A stretch of 64,000 nucleotides of DNA from Thermoanaerobaculia bacterium (GCA_963666565.1 OY762911.1:1856001-1920000); one strand, 5' to 3'. Positions 29,925 through 39,958 are shown, counted from the stretch's first letter. A program made the numbers and translations. Notes: generated by a model from the sequence alone, not told the origin.

Positions 29925-30943
29925 AAGGAGTAGACCCGGGCCGCCGTGCCGTAGAACATCGCGTCCTTCTCGTCGTCGGTGAACCCGGCGGAGATCTTCT
30001 TGAGCGCGTTGTACAGCGGGTGGTAGCCGATCGAGAGCTTGTCGACGGGGAAGTTGCTCTCGAACATGCATCGCTCGGGGCCGAAGCACTCGATCGTGCG
30101 CAGGTAGTAGCGGCGGTGGGCGGCGGCGAGTTCGTCGGAGGTGGCGGGGGTGGTGCGCTCGCTCCAGCCGAAGCCGTTGTCGGGCATGGCCAGGCCGCCG
30201 ATCTTGGCGACGACGTTGGGGCACTCGGCGATCTCGGCGATGTCGTCCTTCCAGGCCTCGAAGATCTCCTCGCGCCTGTCCGCGTACGGTCCGACGCCCA
30301 GCGGCGTGCCGAAGTGGTCGAGGATCATCGTCGTTTCGGGCACGGCGCGGGCCAGGGCGGCGAAGTCGCGGTTCTGGTGGTGGTAGTGCCAGGTGTCGAA
30401 GGTCAGGCCGCGGGCGCCGAGGACCTTCATGCCGCGCCGGAAGTCGTCGCGGGCGTAGAGGCCCTCGGGCGCCCGGCCGGCGATGCGCAGGTGCTCGGGG
30501 TGGGGATCGCGGGCCCCCGAGTGGCGGATGCCCCGGAACAGGCCGGGGCCGGCCTCCTCGTGGGCGTCGAGGACTTCCGCGACGCCTTCGGCCAGGGTCA
30601 GATTGGCGTGGCTGACGATGCCGGAGATCGTCGCGCCGTCGCCCGCCGCGGAGGCTGCGGCAGCCTCGGCCACGAACTCCGTCTCGCCGACGCAGCGCAG
30701 GTGCTCCGGTCCGTCCTCGCGGTAGCAGGCCCGGCACTCGACGAAGACGGTCTTCTCGACGTTGTGACTCCGACCGTCCGACCCTTCGGCCTCCGTGTCG
30801 CCCCAGAGGTCCTCGAGCAGGTAGTCGCCGGTGGGGCGCCGCCAGAGATGATGGTGAGGATCGACGATCCGCCGCGAAGGATCGACCGTGGGTTCGTGGA
30901 CCTGGGCAAGCCACCCGGCCGTGCCGGGCTTGGGTGCGGACAT
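29921..30943 (-). CDS. Amidohydrolase_2 family protein
   Basis: VDPHHHLW, TVFVEC, FRGIRH, ILDHFG and MFESNFPVD. Confidence 0.9.
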   Translation of the reverse strand: MSAPKPGTAGWLAQVHEPTVDPSRRIVDPHHHLWRRPTGDYLLEDLWGDTEAEGSDGRSHNVEKTVFVECRACYREDGPEHLRCVGETEFVAEAAAASAAGDGATISGIVSHANLTLAEGVAEVLDAHEEAGPGLFRGIRHSGARDPHPEHLRIAGRAPEGLYARDDFRRGMKVLGARGLTFDTWHYHHQNRDFAALARAVPETTMILDHFGTPLGVGPYADRREEIFEAWKDDIAEIAECPNVVAKIGGLAMPDNGFGWSERTTPATSDELAAAHRRYYLRTIECFGPERCMFESNFPVDKLSIGYHPLYNALKKISAGFTDDEKDAMFYGTAARVYSL

Positions 30944-31146
30944 GGCGTCTCCTGCGTGGTGCCATCCAGGCACCCGCTGACGGGCGCTCGGACTGATTGC
31001 GTGTGGCGCGGATCGCGCCGCATGAGTTCAAGGCGTACCCTAGCAACGGGTCAGTTATGGCAAACTTGAATCTGACGTTCTCGGCGGAAAGAAGTTTGGC
31101 ATATCCCCTGTTCCACTCCCGTTGCTCCCGTCCTCGTCCGTCCTCG

Positions 31147-32745
31147 TTGACGGCTGGCGAGTTCGAGCGCGAGTTCGGCACGGCTGCTGGCGGCGAGGGC
31201 GGCCACGTCGAGTTCAAGGAGGGGCTGTCGGCGGCCAGGATCGCCGAGGCGGTGGTCGCCTTCTCGAACGCCGACGGCGGCGTGATCCTGCTCGGCGTAC
31301 ACGACGACGGCCGCGTCAAGGGCCTCGGTCCGAACGGCCAGCGCGACGCGCGCTTGCACCAGATCGTGGCGAATCTCCACGATCCGGGTCGCTATGACGT
31401 CCGGGAGCTTGACGTCGATGGTCGAACGGTCGTTGTCCTCTCGGTGCATCGGCGGGAGGAGGGCGTTGCCCTGACTTCCGACGGCCGCGTGCTGACGCGG
31501 ATGGGCGCCTCGAACCGGCCTCTCCTGGGCCGCGCCCTGTCCGAGCTTGTCGCGGCGCGTTCCTTGCAGAGTTTCGAGCGTACGGATGCGGGGACCCCGC
31601 TCGCCGGGGCCGATCCCGAGCTCTTGAGCGAACTGGCGCGTGCCTGGAGTTGGAGTGGCGACGGGCAGGCGGATCGCCTCCGGGAGCAGGGCTTTCTCAC
31701 CGGCGATGGCCGGTTGACCGTCGCGGGCGCGCTGTACCTGACCGCCGAGCCGAAGCAGTTTCTGGGCAAGGCGTTCGTCGAGATCTTCCGGTATCGGGAC
31801 GAGGGCGATGCCTACGACTTCCGGGAAGAGGTCGCCGGCCCGTTGCCGACTCAGGTCGAGAGGACGACGGAGATCGTGATGCGGGAGATCGGCTTCGACC
31901 TGGTCGTGCCGGACCTCCGCCGGCACGAGCTCCCGCGTTTGCCGGAGAAGGTGGTCCGGGAGGCGATCGCCAATGCGGTCGCGCACCGCTCCTACGAGGT
32001 GAACGGGGTCTCGACGCGAGTCGAGATCCGGCCGAACCGCGTCGTCGTCACTTCTCCCGGCGGGCTGCCGGAGCCGGTGACGATCGAGAACATCCGGGAG
32101 CAGAACGCGGCGCGGAACCGTGCCGTGATCGCGGCTCTGCGGCGGTTCCGTCTGGCCGAGGATGCGGGACGCGGCGTCGACGTCATGGAGGACGAGATGG
32201 CTGCGAACCTGCTGGCGCCGCCGGAGTTCGCCGAGCCCGACGACGGCCGGGCGGTCGCCGTCACGCTTCGGCTCGAGGCGCCGGTCACGCGGGAAGAGAG
32301 GGCCTGGGTCCACGAACTCGAGCAGCAGGGCGACTTGAAGCCCGGGGACCGTCTGCTCCTGGTGGTCGCGAAGCGCGGAGAGCGGCTCACGAACGCCAGG
32401 GCGAGGGAGATCCTGAGCGTCGATGCGCTTGCCGCCCGCGCCGTCCTCCAGCGGCTCCGGGACGCGGGACTGCTGGTACAGGAGGGTGAGCGCGGCGGCG
32501 CGGCCTACCGGATCAGCAGCGACCTCGACCGGCGGCACGCGCATCTCGGCGCCCAGGAAGTGGACGACCTCGTGCTGGCGATGGCCGACGAGACGCCGGT
32601 CACCAACGCGCTTCTGCGGGAGCGGACCGGACTCAGCCGGCCTCAGGCGCTGGCCGTGCTGGCGCGGCTCGTTGCGAGCGGGCGCCTGGAACGCCGCGGC
32701 GAGCGGCGCGGCACGCGGTACGTTCCGGCCGGCGTCGACTCCTGA
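31147..32745 (+). CDS. AlbA_2/Schlafen-like domain + HATPase_c_4 (RecG-C-like) + winged-HTH protein
   Basis: VEFKE, VVAFSNADGGVILLGVHDDG, REAIANAVAHRSY, SPGGL, RNR and GRGV, with two C-terminal wHTH-like segments. Start uncertain (31057 or 31147). Confidence 0.85.
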   Translation: MTAGEFEREFGTAAGGEGGHVEFKEGLSAARIAEAVVAFSNADGGVILLGVHDDGRVKGLGPNGQRDARLHQIVANLHDPGRYDVRELDVDGRTVVVLSVHRREEGVALTSDGRVLTRMGASNRPLLGRALSELVAARSLQSFERTDAGTPLAGADPELLSELARAWSWSGDGQADRLREQGFLTGDGRLTVAGALYLTAEPKQFLGKAFVEIFRYRDEGDAYDFREEVAGPLPTQVERTTEIVMREIGFDLVVPDLRRHELPRLPEKVVREAIANAVAHRSYEVNGVSTRVEIRPNRVVVTSPGGLPEPVTIENIREQNAARNRAVIAALRRFRLAEDAGRGVDVMEDEMAANLLAPPEFAEPDDGRAVAVTLRLEAPVTREERAWVHELEQQGDLKPGDRLLLVVAKRGERLTNARAREILSVDALAARAVLQRLRDAGLLVQEGERGGAAYRISSDLDRRHAHLGAQEVDDLVLAMADETPVTNALLRERTGLSRPQALAVLARLVASGRLERRGERRGTRYVPAGVDS

Positions 32746-32757
32746 TGAACGACGACG

Positions 32758-32953
32758 AACAAGATCCCCATAACTTGAGCATCCTTATGGGGAGTTATGC
32801 GGATCTTGTTTCTCCGGCAATCCCGAAGAACAAAGTCTCCATAACTCCGTGCGCTTATGGGCGAGTTATGCATATCTTGTTCAGGCGAGAATCCGGAAGA
32901 AGAAGATCGCCATAACTATGGGCATAAGACGCCGAAGTTATGGAGATCTTGTT
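32758..32953. repeat. Three tandem 71-bp palindromic units, AACAAGATnnnCATAACT-N17/18-AGTTATGnnnATCTTGTT
   Basis: Units begin at 32758, 32829 and 32900, with 18-nt linkers. The region is AT-rich relative to its flanks. Confidence 0.85.
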
Positions 32954-32976
32954 TGGCGGCTGCCTCCGGCGGCGCC

Positions 32977-34014
32977 TCAGTGCTCGTAGTCGCGGTGGTG
33001 CCGGGCCAGCAGATCGCGGCCGAAGTCGCCGTCGAAGTCGCGCCAGACGGTGTGGCTGTGGTTCGCGCGGTTCTGGACGTTGTCGTACTCGATGACGAAG
33101 TCCGGCGCCTGGACGCGGTAGTAGTGGGGCGCGCCGGGTTCGCCGGGGCCGATCCACGCGAAGTGGATGGCGTCGCCGGCCGCCTCGACCTGGGCGCGGC
33201 GCTTCTCGGCCAGGTCGGGCGGCACGTTGCCGGCGTACTCCTCGATCAGAGCGTCGAGCAGTTCGCGCTGGTCGGGCCGCAGCGCGCTCGCGGCCAGGCC
33301 CTGAGCCTCTTCGGGCGTCACGCGCGGCCGGTTCGAGGTGAAGATGTCGCGGGGCGCTTCGTCGCCGAGCACGGCCTGCTCTCGCTGGTCGTCGTCGAGC
33401 GAGTCGAGCAGCGCGCGGGCCAGGTCCTCCTCGCGGCCCAGGGCGCGCAGCCCTTCGCGCGGACCGCTCGGGACGCGGTGCGGATTGGCGCCCAGGAACA
33501 GGGGCGTGGAGGCGGTCGCCTCGCCGGCGACGACGGTGAAGTTGAGCGACACGTGGTGCCCCTCGAAGCTCCAGCCCCAGTCGCCGTCTTCGCTCGGTTC
33601 GCCGAAGAACGTCACGTGGTAGCGGAGCGGATCCCGCATCGAGGTGAAGCGGTTGGCGCCGGCGGCTTCCTCAAGCCTGCGCAGCACGGACTCCAGGCTC
33701 ATCACGGTGGTCGTCTTGCCGTAACCCGTGCGGCTCAGGGAGGCGCTGAGCAGGGCGTGGAGCAGGTGGTGCTGTGCCGGGTCCATGTCCAGCATGGAGA
33801 GGCCCTTGCGCTCCTTCGGGATGAAGTGCCAGTCGACGCGCTCGGCGGCGTCGAAGTCGAGCATGGCGGTCGCGCGCTGCTCGTCGCTCAGGGCGGCGAG
33901 CAGGTTGTTCGCCGCCGAGGCCATCGTGTCGGAGGTCTTCTCGGCGCCGGCTGCGCCGAGGAATCCGGCCGCGCCGGCGCAGCCCAAGGCGATCAACAGC
34001 ATGCGTGCGGACAT
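32977..34014 (-). CDS. Secreted DUF3500-like protein
   Basis: Signal peptide, WHFIP..RKGL, FGEP, WGWSFEGHHVSLNF, YYRVQ, IEYDNVQ and HSHTVWRD. Confidence 0.8.
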   Translation of the reverse strand: MSARMLLIALGCAGAAGFLGAAGAEKTSDTMASAANNLLAALSDEQRATAMLDFDAAERVDWHFIPKERKGLSMLDMDPAQHHLLHALLSASLSRTGYGKTTTVMSLESVLRRLEEAAGANRFTSMRDPLRYHVTFFGEPSEDGDWGWSFEGHHVSLNFTVVAGEATASTPLFLGANPHRVPSGPREGLRALGREEDLARALLDSLDDDQREQAVLGDEAPRDIFTSNRPRVTPEEAQGLAASALRPDQRELLDALIEEYAGNVPPDLAEKRRAQVEAAGDAIHFAWIGPGEPGAPHYYRVQAPDFVIEYDNVQNRANHSHTVWRDFDGDFGRDLLARHHRDYEH

Positions 34015-34185
34015 CGTATGTCTCCTGCGGTTCGTCGCGCGGGCGGCGCCTGACCGGACGCGCGCTCGTTGGCCGGTTCGGACGTTTCAGCGTATCGCGC
34101 ATAGGTGGGCCGCCCGTCTTCGCACGGGGCGCCCGTCCCGAGCGCATGCGTAGCGTTTCGCGGTACAAGGACCTAGGATTGCCCG

Positions 34186-35799
34186 ATGGGGTTGCTGGAC
34201 GAAAGCCGGGCGGTGTTGCCGCTCCTGTTGCGCGACAACTGGCGGCGGGGTTCGAAGGAGCGTTTCGGCCGACTCCTCGTGGCCGGCATCTCCCTGTTCG
34301 TCGGCATGCTCGCGGCGGTCGGCGTCGCGGCGACGTTCGAGTTGCAGGACGAGCGGCTGCGGCGGAACACGCTGAATCTCCTGGCGGCTCTGGGAGTCGT
34401 GTTCTGGCTGGTCGGGACGATCGTCGGCCGGCTGGAGCTGTCCCGGCACTTCGAGTTCCGGGGGCTGCTGACGCTGCCCGTCCAGTTCAGGACGCTCTAT
34501 GCGCTGCGGGTCGGCGCAGGGATGTCCGGCCCCTGGCTTGCCTTGTTCGGTCCGTCGATCGTCTACGTTCTCGCCACGCGGACCGCGGGTCTTCCGGGCG
34601 CGGTCGTCGCCCTGCTCGCGACGATGGCCCTGGTCGTCCTGCTCGGCCGCCTGGTCGCCCTCGCTCTGCTGAAGCTCGACGACCTGAACGCAAGCTGGTT
34701 GACGACGGCGGCGCTGCTGGTGCTGGCGCTGGCGGCGGCGTTCGCCGTCGAGCCCGTGATGAAGGACCGGGCCCTCGACCTGACGGAGCAGCCGGTCATC
34801 GAACTGATCGCGGACCAGGTGCGCGGGTCGCGGCTGCTGGCTGCCGCCAGCTACCTGCCGGGCGGCGTGGTGGCCGCGATCTTCGAGGCGCCGCGGGACC
34901 TCGGGGCGAACCTCGCGCGGCTGGCCGGCCTGTGGCTCGCGGCGGTCGGCTGCATGCTGCTCGAGTACCGGATTCTGAGGAACGAGCGCCGCTTCTCGTC
35001 GACGGGAGCGGGCGAAGTCGCGGGAGTCCACCTGCCGCTCGCGTGGATTCTGCGCCGGACGACACGCCTCGGGCCCTCGACCTGTCTGACCCTGATCGAG
35101 TTCGATTCCTGGATGCGCCTGAAGTGGGTCCGGGGCGTCCTGGTGCTCGGCGTCTTTCTCATTCCGTTGCTGCAGACGGGCCGGCTTCTGGGCATCGTGC
35201 AGACGCTGTTCATCGTCGGGTTCCTGCTCACGCTTCGCAACAACGTCTACGGGACGGCGCACCGCTCGATCGGGGAGCGGTTCCTCCTGCCCGTGCGCCT
35301 GGTCGACCTGACGACCGCCGGCGGAAGGGGGCTGACGCTCTTCCCGGCCTTCGTCTTCGGCGTCGCCGTGATCTGGGCTTGGCAACGGGTGGGCTGGCCG
35401 GGGTTGGGGACGTTCGTCCTGTGGTTGGCGCTCCCGGCGTGCCTCCTGATCGGCGGTCTCGGTTTCGGCGCGTACTCGTCCGCCCGCTGGCCGTATCCGG
35501 TCGACACGGGGCCCTATGCCGTCAGTATCTCGCCTTCGCCCGGCGGGTTCAGCGCCACGCTCGGCTTCGTTGCGTTCGCGATCGGGATTCCGTTTCTGCT
35601 GGAGTACCTGGCGCGGAACGTGGCCTGGGGAGCGCCGGCGGCCGCTCTCGGAGGACTGGCGCTGGTTGTATGCGCTTTGGGATCCGGCGTCCTGCTGGTC
35701 CGTGCCGCCGACCGCGTGGTGCGAGCGGATCCGTACCGGGTCCTCGACGCCTTGACCGGGCGTCGGGAAGAGGACCGAGCGTCCGGGCTCGCGGGGTGA
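34186..35799 (+). CDS. Multi-pass membrane protein, putative ABC permease; paralog of 44433-46024
   Basis: Many TM segments. Shares DERLRRNTLNL, LP..FRTLY.LR and CLTLIE motifs with the permease in the 41.7-48.6 kb cluster. Confidence 0.7.
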   Translation: MGLLDESRAVLPLLLRDNWRRGSKERFGRLLVAGISLFVGMLAAVGVAATFELQDERLRRNTLNLLAALGVVFWLVGTIVGRLELSRHFEFRGLLTLPVQFRTLYALRVGAGMSGPWLALFGPSIVYVLATRTAGLPGAVVALLATMALVVLLGRLVALALLKLDDLNASWLTTAALLVLALAAAFAVEPVMKDRALDLTEQPVIELIADQVRGSRLLAAASYLPGGVVAAIFEAPRDLGANLARLAGLWLAAVGCMLLEYRILRNERRFSSTGAGEVAGVHLPLAWILRRTTRLGPSTCLTLIEFDSWMRLKWVRGVLVLGVFLIPLLQTGRLLGIVQTLFIVGFLLTLRNNVYGTAHRSIGERFLLPVRLVDLTTAGGRGLTLFPAFVFGVAVIWAWQRVGWPGLGTFVLWLALPACLLIGGLGFGAYSSARWPYPVDTGPYAVSISPSPGGFSATLGFVAFAIGIPFLLEYLARNVAWGAPAAALGGLALVVCALGSGVLLVRAADRVVRADPYRVLDALTGRREEDRASGLAG

Positions 35800-35806
35800 A
35801 CCGGCG

Positions 35807-38050
35807 ATGATGGGCGCGCGGTTGCTGCCGTCGTCGTTCCGCTTGCCGGCGCCGCTCGCCCCGGCGCTCGTCGCGGCGTTCGTCGCGCCGCCGTCCGGCG
35901 TCGCCCAGGACCGGCCCAGCGTCGCGGCGCTCGGGGTCGAGCAGGCGGTTCGGGTCGACGGCGAACTGACCGACTCCGCCTGGCTGGAGGCCGAGTGGGC
36001 AGGCGGCTTCACCCAGCGCGAACCGAGCCCCGGCGCGCCCTCGACGGAAACGACGGAGTTCGCGGTCGCCTACACGCCGGACACCCTGTTCGTCGCCGTG
36101 CGCGCGAACGACCGCGAGCCGGAGAGGATCGTGGCGAAGGAGATGGAGCGTGACAGCGACCTGTTCCAGGACGATTCGATCCTGCTCATGCTGGACACGT
36201 TCCACGACCTCCGCAACGGCTACGTCCTGGTGACGAACCCGAACGGCGCCCGCGGCGACGCGCTGATCACGGACGAGGGCCGCGACGTGAACTGGGCCTG
36301 GGACGGCGTCTGGCGGGTCTCGGCGCGCCGCACGGCGGCGGGCTGGGCGGCGGAGATCGCGATTCCGGTTTCCACTCTGCGGTTCGACCCCCAGGCCGAG
36401 CGGTGGGGGCTCAACGTCCAGCGGGTCATCCGCCGGCGCAACGAGGAGACCCACTGGGCGGCGTTGCCTCTCGAAGCGAGCGTCGAAAATCTGAACCAGC
36501 AGGGGAAGATCGCCGTGTACCGCGTCTCCCTGGCGGGCGACCTGACCGGTCTTCGCGGGCTTCGGCCCTCGCGTCAGTTCGACGTGAAGCCCTACGTCAT
36601 CGGCGGCCGCACGGAGGACCCGGCCCTGGGCAGCGCCGACGACTCGGATGGCGGCATCGACCTGAAGTGGGGCCTGAGCCGCTCGATGGTTCTGGACCTG
36701 ACCTGGAACACGGACTTCGCCGAGACCGAGGTCGACGACCAGCAGGTGAACCTGACCCGGTTCTCCCTGTTCTTCCCGGAGAAGCGCGACTTCTTCCTCG
36801 AGAACGCGGGCGTGTTCGACTTCGGCCCCAGGCCCAAGGTGCCGTGGGAGAGCGCGCTGATGAGGCCGTTCTTCTCCCGCCGCATCGGCCTCGACGGAGG
36901 CCGCACGGTTCCGCTCGAGGCCGGCGCCAGACTCACGGGCCGCGCCGGGGGCTGGAACGTCGGCGCTCTCGGCGCGCGGACCGGAGCGCTCTTCGACGAG
37001 GGCGGCGGCGTGCTGGTTCCCGAGACGACCTACGGCGTGACCCGGATCACCAGGAACATCGGCGACCGCTCGACGGTCGGGGGCATTTTCACGGAGAGGC
37101 GCCGCGAGGGGTTCGAGAGCGAACGGCTCTACGGCCTCGACGTCGACTTCAAGCCGACCCAACGCCTGGAGTTCTCCGGTTTCTGGACAGTGAGCGACAA
37201 CGGAGTCGCGGATTCCGAGCAGGAGGCCAACGAATCGCGCGGGGCCGGCTTCGCCTACCAGGGGCCGGAACTCAGTCTGACGGGGGACTACGTCGAGGTA
37301 CAGCCGGACTACGAACCGGCGGTCGGATTCCTGCAGCGCCGCGACTTCCGGATGGTGAATCCACGCCTCGAGTGGCGGCCGAGGATCGAGAAGGCCGGGG
37401 TCCTCAGTTGGTGGTCCGATCTCAGCTACGAGCGCTTCGAACGGAGCAGCGACGGCCGGCTCGAGAGCCAGACGGTCGGCGTCTCGCCGCTCGGCGTGCA
37501 GACGCTGAGCGGCGAGTTCCTGTGGGGCGGCCTGAGGAGAACGAAGGAACAGTTGTTCGCCCCGTTCGAGATCTCCCCCGGCGTCGTGGTGCAGCCGGGC
37601 CTCTACGAGAACGACGGCTTCGCCGGCGGGTTCTCGACGAGCGGCAAGCGGGCCGTCTGGTTCGACAACATCACCTTCGGGGGCGGCTTCTTCGACGGCG
37701 ACTGGCTGAGAACGAACTCCACGTTGACTTTCCGCCTGTCCCGGTTCCTTCGCGTCGCGACGCAGTGGACCTACGCGGACGTCAAGCTCCAGGCCGGCGC
37801 ATTCAGCTTCGACCAGTTCGGTCAGCGGATCGACGTCTCGTTCACCCCGAACGTCCGGCTCAACCTGCTGGCCCAGTACAACACCGCCGACGAGTTGCTC
37901 GGCGTCAACGCGCGCTTCCACTGGATCTACCGGCCGGGTTCGGACCTCTTCGTCGTCTACAACGAGAACTGGACCGCCGAGACCCTCAGCCGCCGCGAGC
38001 CGCTCGGCCGGCAGTTGATCGTCAAGCTGAACTACCTGCTGCAGCGGTAG
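35807..38050 (+). CDS. Secreted CBM9-like + DUF5916-like beta-barrel protein
   Basis: VDGELTDSAW, FTQREP, LDTFHD, NPNGAR.D, EIAIP, DFAETEVD and NLTRFSLFFPEKRDFFLE. Confidence 0.82.
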   Translation: MMGARLLPSSFRLPAPLAPALVAAFVAPPSGVAQDRPSVAALGVEQAVRVDGELTDSAWLEAEWAGGFTQREPSPGAPSTETTEFAVAYTPDTLFVAVRANDREPERIVAKEMERDSDLFQDDSILLMLDTFHDLRNGYVLVTNPNGARGDALITDEGRDVNWAWDGVWRVSARRTAAGWAAEIAIPVSTLRFDPQAERWGLNVQRVIRRRNEETHWAALPLEASVENLNQQGKIAVYRVSLAGDLTGLRGLRPSRQFDVKPYVIGGRTEDPALGSADDSDGGIDLKWGLSRSMVLDLTWNTDFAETEVDDQQVNLTRFSLFFPEKRDFFLENAGVFDFGPRPKVPWESALMRPFFSRRIGLDGGRTVPLEAGARLTGRAGGWNVGALGARTGALFDEGGGVLVPETTYGVTRITRNIGDRSTVGGIFTERRREGFESERLYGLDVDFKPTQRLEFSGFWTVSDNGVADSEQEANESRGAGFAYQGPELSLTGDYVEVQPDYEPAVGFLQRRDFRMVNPRLEWRPRIEKAGVLSWWSDLSYERFERSSDGRLESQTVGVSPLGVQTLSGEFLWGGLRRTKEQLFAPFEISPGVVVQPGLYENDGFAGGFSTSGKRAVWFDNITFGGGFFDGDWLRTNSTLTFRLSRFLRVATQWTYADVKLQAGAFSFDQFGQRIDVSFTPNVRLNLLAQYNTADELLGVNARFHWIYRPGSDLFVVYNENWTAETLSRREPLGRQLIVKLNYLLQR

Positions 38051-38065
38051 GCGCCACCCGCTGCG

Positions 38066-39958
38066 TCAGGCGACGCTCGGGTCCGGCTGCACCGCCACCT
38101 CCCGCACGACGAACGAAGAACGCCCGCTGTTCCTCTCCCACAGGCCGACCGCCAGCCGGTAGGCGCCCGGCGGCAGGACCAGCCCGCTGCGGACGGCGAT
38201 GTACTGGCCCGCGGCCTCTTCGAGTTCGGCGACCGGCACGTTCAGTTCGAAATCCAGGTGCCGGGGCGGCATCCGGCTGCCGTCGGCGCGCTGCACCTGG
38301 AGCACGACGCGGAAGAAGCCGCTGGCGACCGGGTCGCGGGCCGCCCGCGCGGGGACGAGCGCCAGCTCGCCGATCGGCAGGCTGGCGACGACTTCGAGCG
38401 GCGTCCGTTCGGCCGCGGCGGAGCCTTCGGGCGCCGCCGTCCTCCTGACCTGGATCTCCATGCCGTGGTTGTTCTCTTCCCAGCCGAACAGCAGGGTTCC
38501 CCAGGCGCGGCTGGCCAGGTTCTGCTGGATCGTCACCGGCGCGTAGCTCGCCCGGTAGCGGAGCGAGCCGCTCCGGGCTAGAGGCCGCTGCCGCAGCCGC
38601 AGCGCGATCTCGCGGATGCCGGTGTCGCCCATCGACTCCGGCGGCGTGAAGGAGAGGGAGTAGTAGGTCGAGATGTCCGTGCGGGTCGATTGCAGGAACT
38701 CGCCGACGCCCGTGTCGGAGACGAAGGAGAGGCCGCCGGTCAGGCCGGCCAGGCTGTTCAGGCCGGAGCGGACGTTGGACAGCTCGACGATCGAGCCGCG
38801 TTCCCTGGCGCTCTCGCCGAGTTGGCTGATCGCCGGGTCGATGACCGGCGGCTTGAGCGGGTAGAACGTCACGCGGTGGGTGTTCGCGAGCGCCGCCAGT
38901 TGATCGAAGGCGTCCGCGCAGCTCAGTTCGGCGGCCATCGTCTGGAAGGCGAAGGCGCCGCCGTCATCGACCTGGACGATGTTCGTCGCGACGCCCATCC
39001 GGTCGGCCCGGTCGACGCCGAATGGCCGGTGGTTGCGGTCGTTCAGGTCGAGCGAGCCGGGCGCGCTGATCATCTCGTCGCCCTCGAGCTGCCTGGAGGA
39101 GCCCGCGAGGCGGTCGTACATCGTCTTGGCCGCGCTGTCGAGCGGGTGGCGGGGAAGGCCGTCGCTCACGAACAGGATCGCCTTGCGGCCGGGAACGAAG
39201 GCGAGCGCCTCGACCAGCGAACGCACCGCGCCGACGGTCAGCAGCGTGTCCTGGCGCAGGGCCTGGCCGAAGCTCCGCAGGTTCGCCTCCACGCTGGCCA
39301 GGGATGCCTCCCCGAGACGGTAGCGGCTGCCCCTCGCCGCCATCAGCCGCAGCGTCTCCCTCATGGCCAGGGAAGCGGAGCGCTGCTGCGAGCGCAGGGT
39401 CGTCGTCGGGATGTCCCGGTCCATCGCGGCTTCGATCGTCGTCCGCACCGCGGCGCGGTCGCGGGTCGGCGGCAGGAGCGGTTCGAGGCGCTCGCCGAAC
39501 GCTGCCGCCGCCACCCAGGTCGGGTTGGCCGCGATCTCCTCGTCGAGGGCTTCCGCGATCTCGGCCAGGGCCGCGTCGCGGTGCTTCCGCTGCAGGTGGC
39601 GTTCGTCGATGAAGAGGAGGATCGTCAGGCGGCCGGTGACCGTGGTGCGGAGGTCTTCTCCGGCCGCCACGCTCAGAATCTCGACCGGTTCGTTCTCGAC
39701 CTTGAGCTCGAAGTCGTCCTTCGTCAGGCCGGTGACCGGCCGGTCGGAGGAGTCGGTGACGACGGCGTCGAGACTGATCAGCCGGACGTCGATCGACTCG
39801 CGGAGCACGATGTCCTCTCGAATCCGCTCCTGCCGCGGTGGACGGTCCTGCGCTTCGGTCGCTGTGGGGCCCGCGAAGCTGGACGCGGCCGTGAGCGCCA
39901 TGACGGCGGTGGCGGCCAGCAGCCTCGGCGGCCGGCGGTGGCGTGCGGAACCGGTCAA
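38066..39958 (-). CDS. Secreted VWA-domain protein (Acidobacterial type)
   Basis: Signal peptide, DAVVTD...PVTGLTKDDFEL, PGRKAILFVSDG, LAGLTGG and YYSLSF. Confidence 0.82.
   Translation of the reverse strand: MTGSARHRRPPRLLAATAVMALTAASSFAGPTATEAQDRPPRQERIREDIVLRESIDVRLISLDAVVTDSSDRPVTGLTKDDFELKVENEPVEILSVAAGEDLRTTVTGRLTILLFIDERHLQRKHRDAALAEIAEALDEEIAANPTWVAAAAFGERLEPLLPPTRDRAAVRTTIEAAMDRDIPTTTLRSQQRSASLAMRETLRLMAARGSRYRLGEASLASVEANLRSFGQALRQDTLLTVGAVRSLVEALAFVPGRKAILFVSDGLPRHPLDSAAKTMYDRLAGSSRQLEGDEMISAPGSLDLNDRNHRPFGVDRADRMGVATNIVQVDDGGAFAFQTMAAELSCADAFDQLAALANTHRVTFYPLKPPVIDPAISQLGESARERGSIVELSNVRSGLNSLAGLTGGLSFVSDTGVGEFLQSTRTDISTYYSLSFTPPESMGDTGIREIALRLRQRPLARSGSLRYRASYAPVTIQQNLASRAWGTLLFGWEENNHGMEIQVRRTAAPEGSAAAERTPLEVVASLPIGELALVPARAARDPVASGFFRVVLQVQRADGSRMPPRHLDFELNVPVAELEEAAGQYIAVRSGLVLPPGAYRLAVGLWERNSGRSSFVVREVAVQPDPSVA

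Noticed and set aside
32758-32953. CRISPR array interpretation of the 71-bp repeats
   Set aside because: There are only three units, the conserved parts are inverted arms separated by 17-18 nt segments that resemble each other, and no cas genes are in the window.
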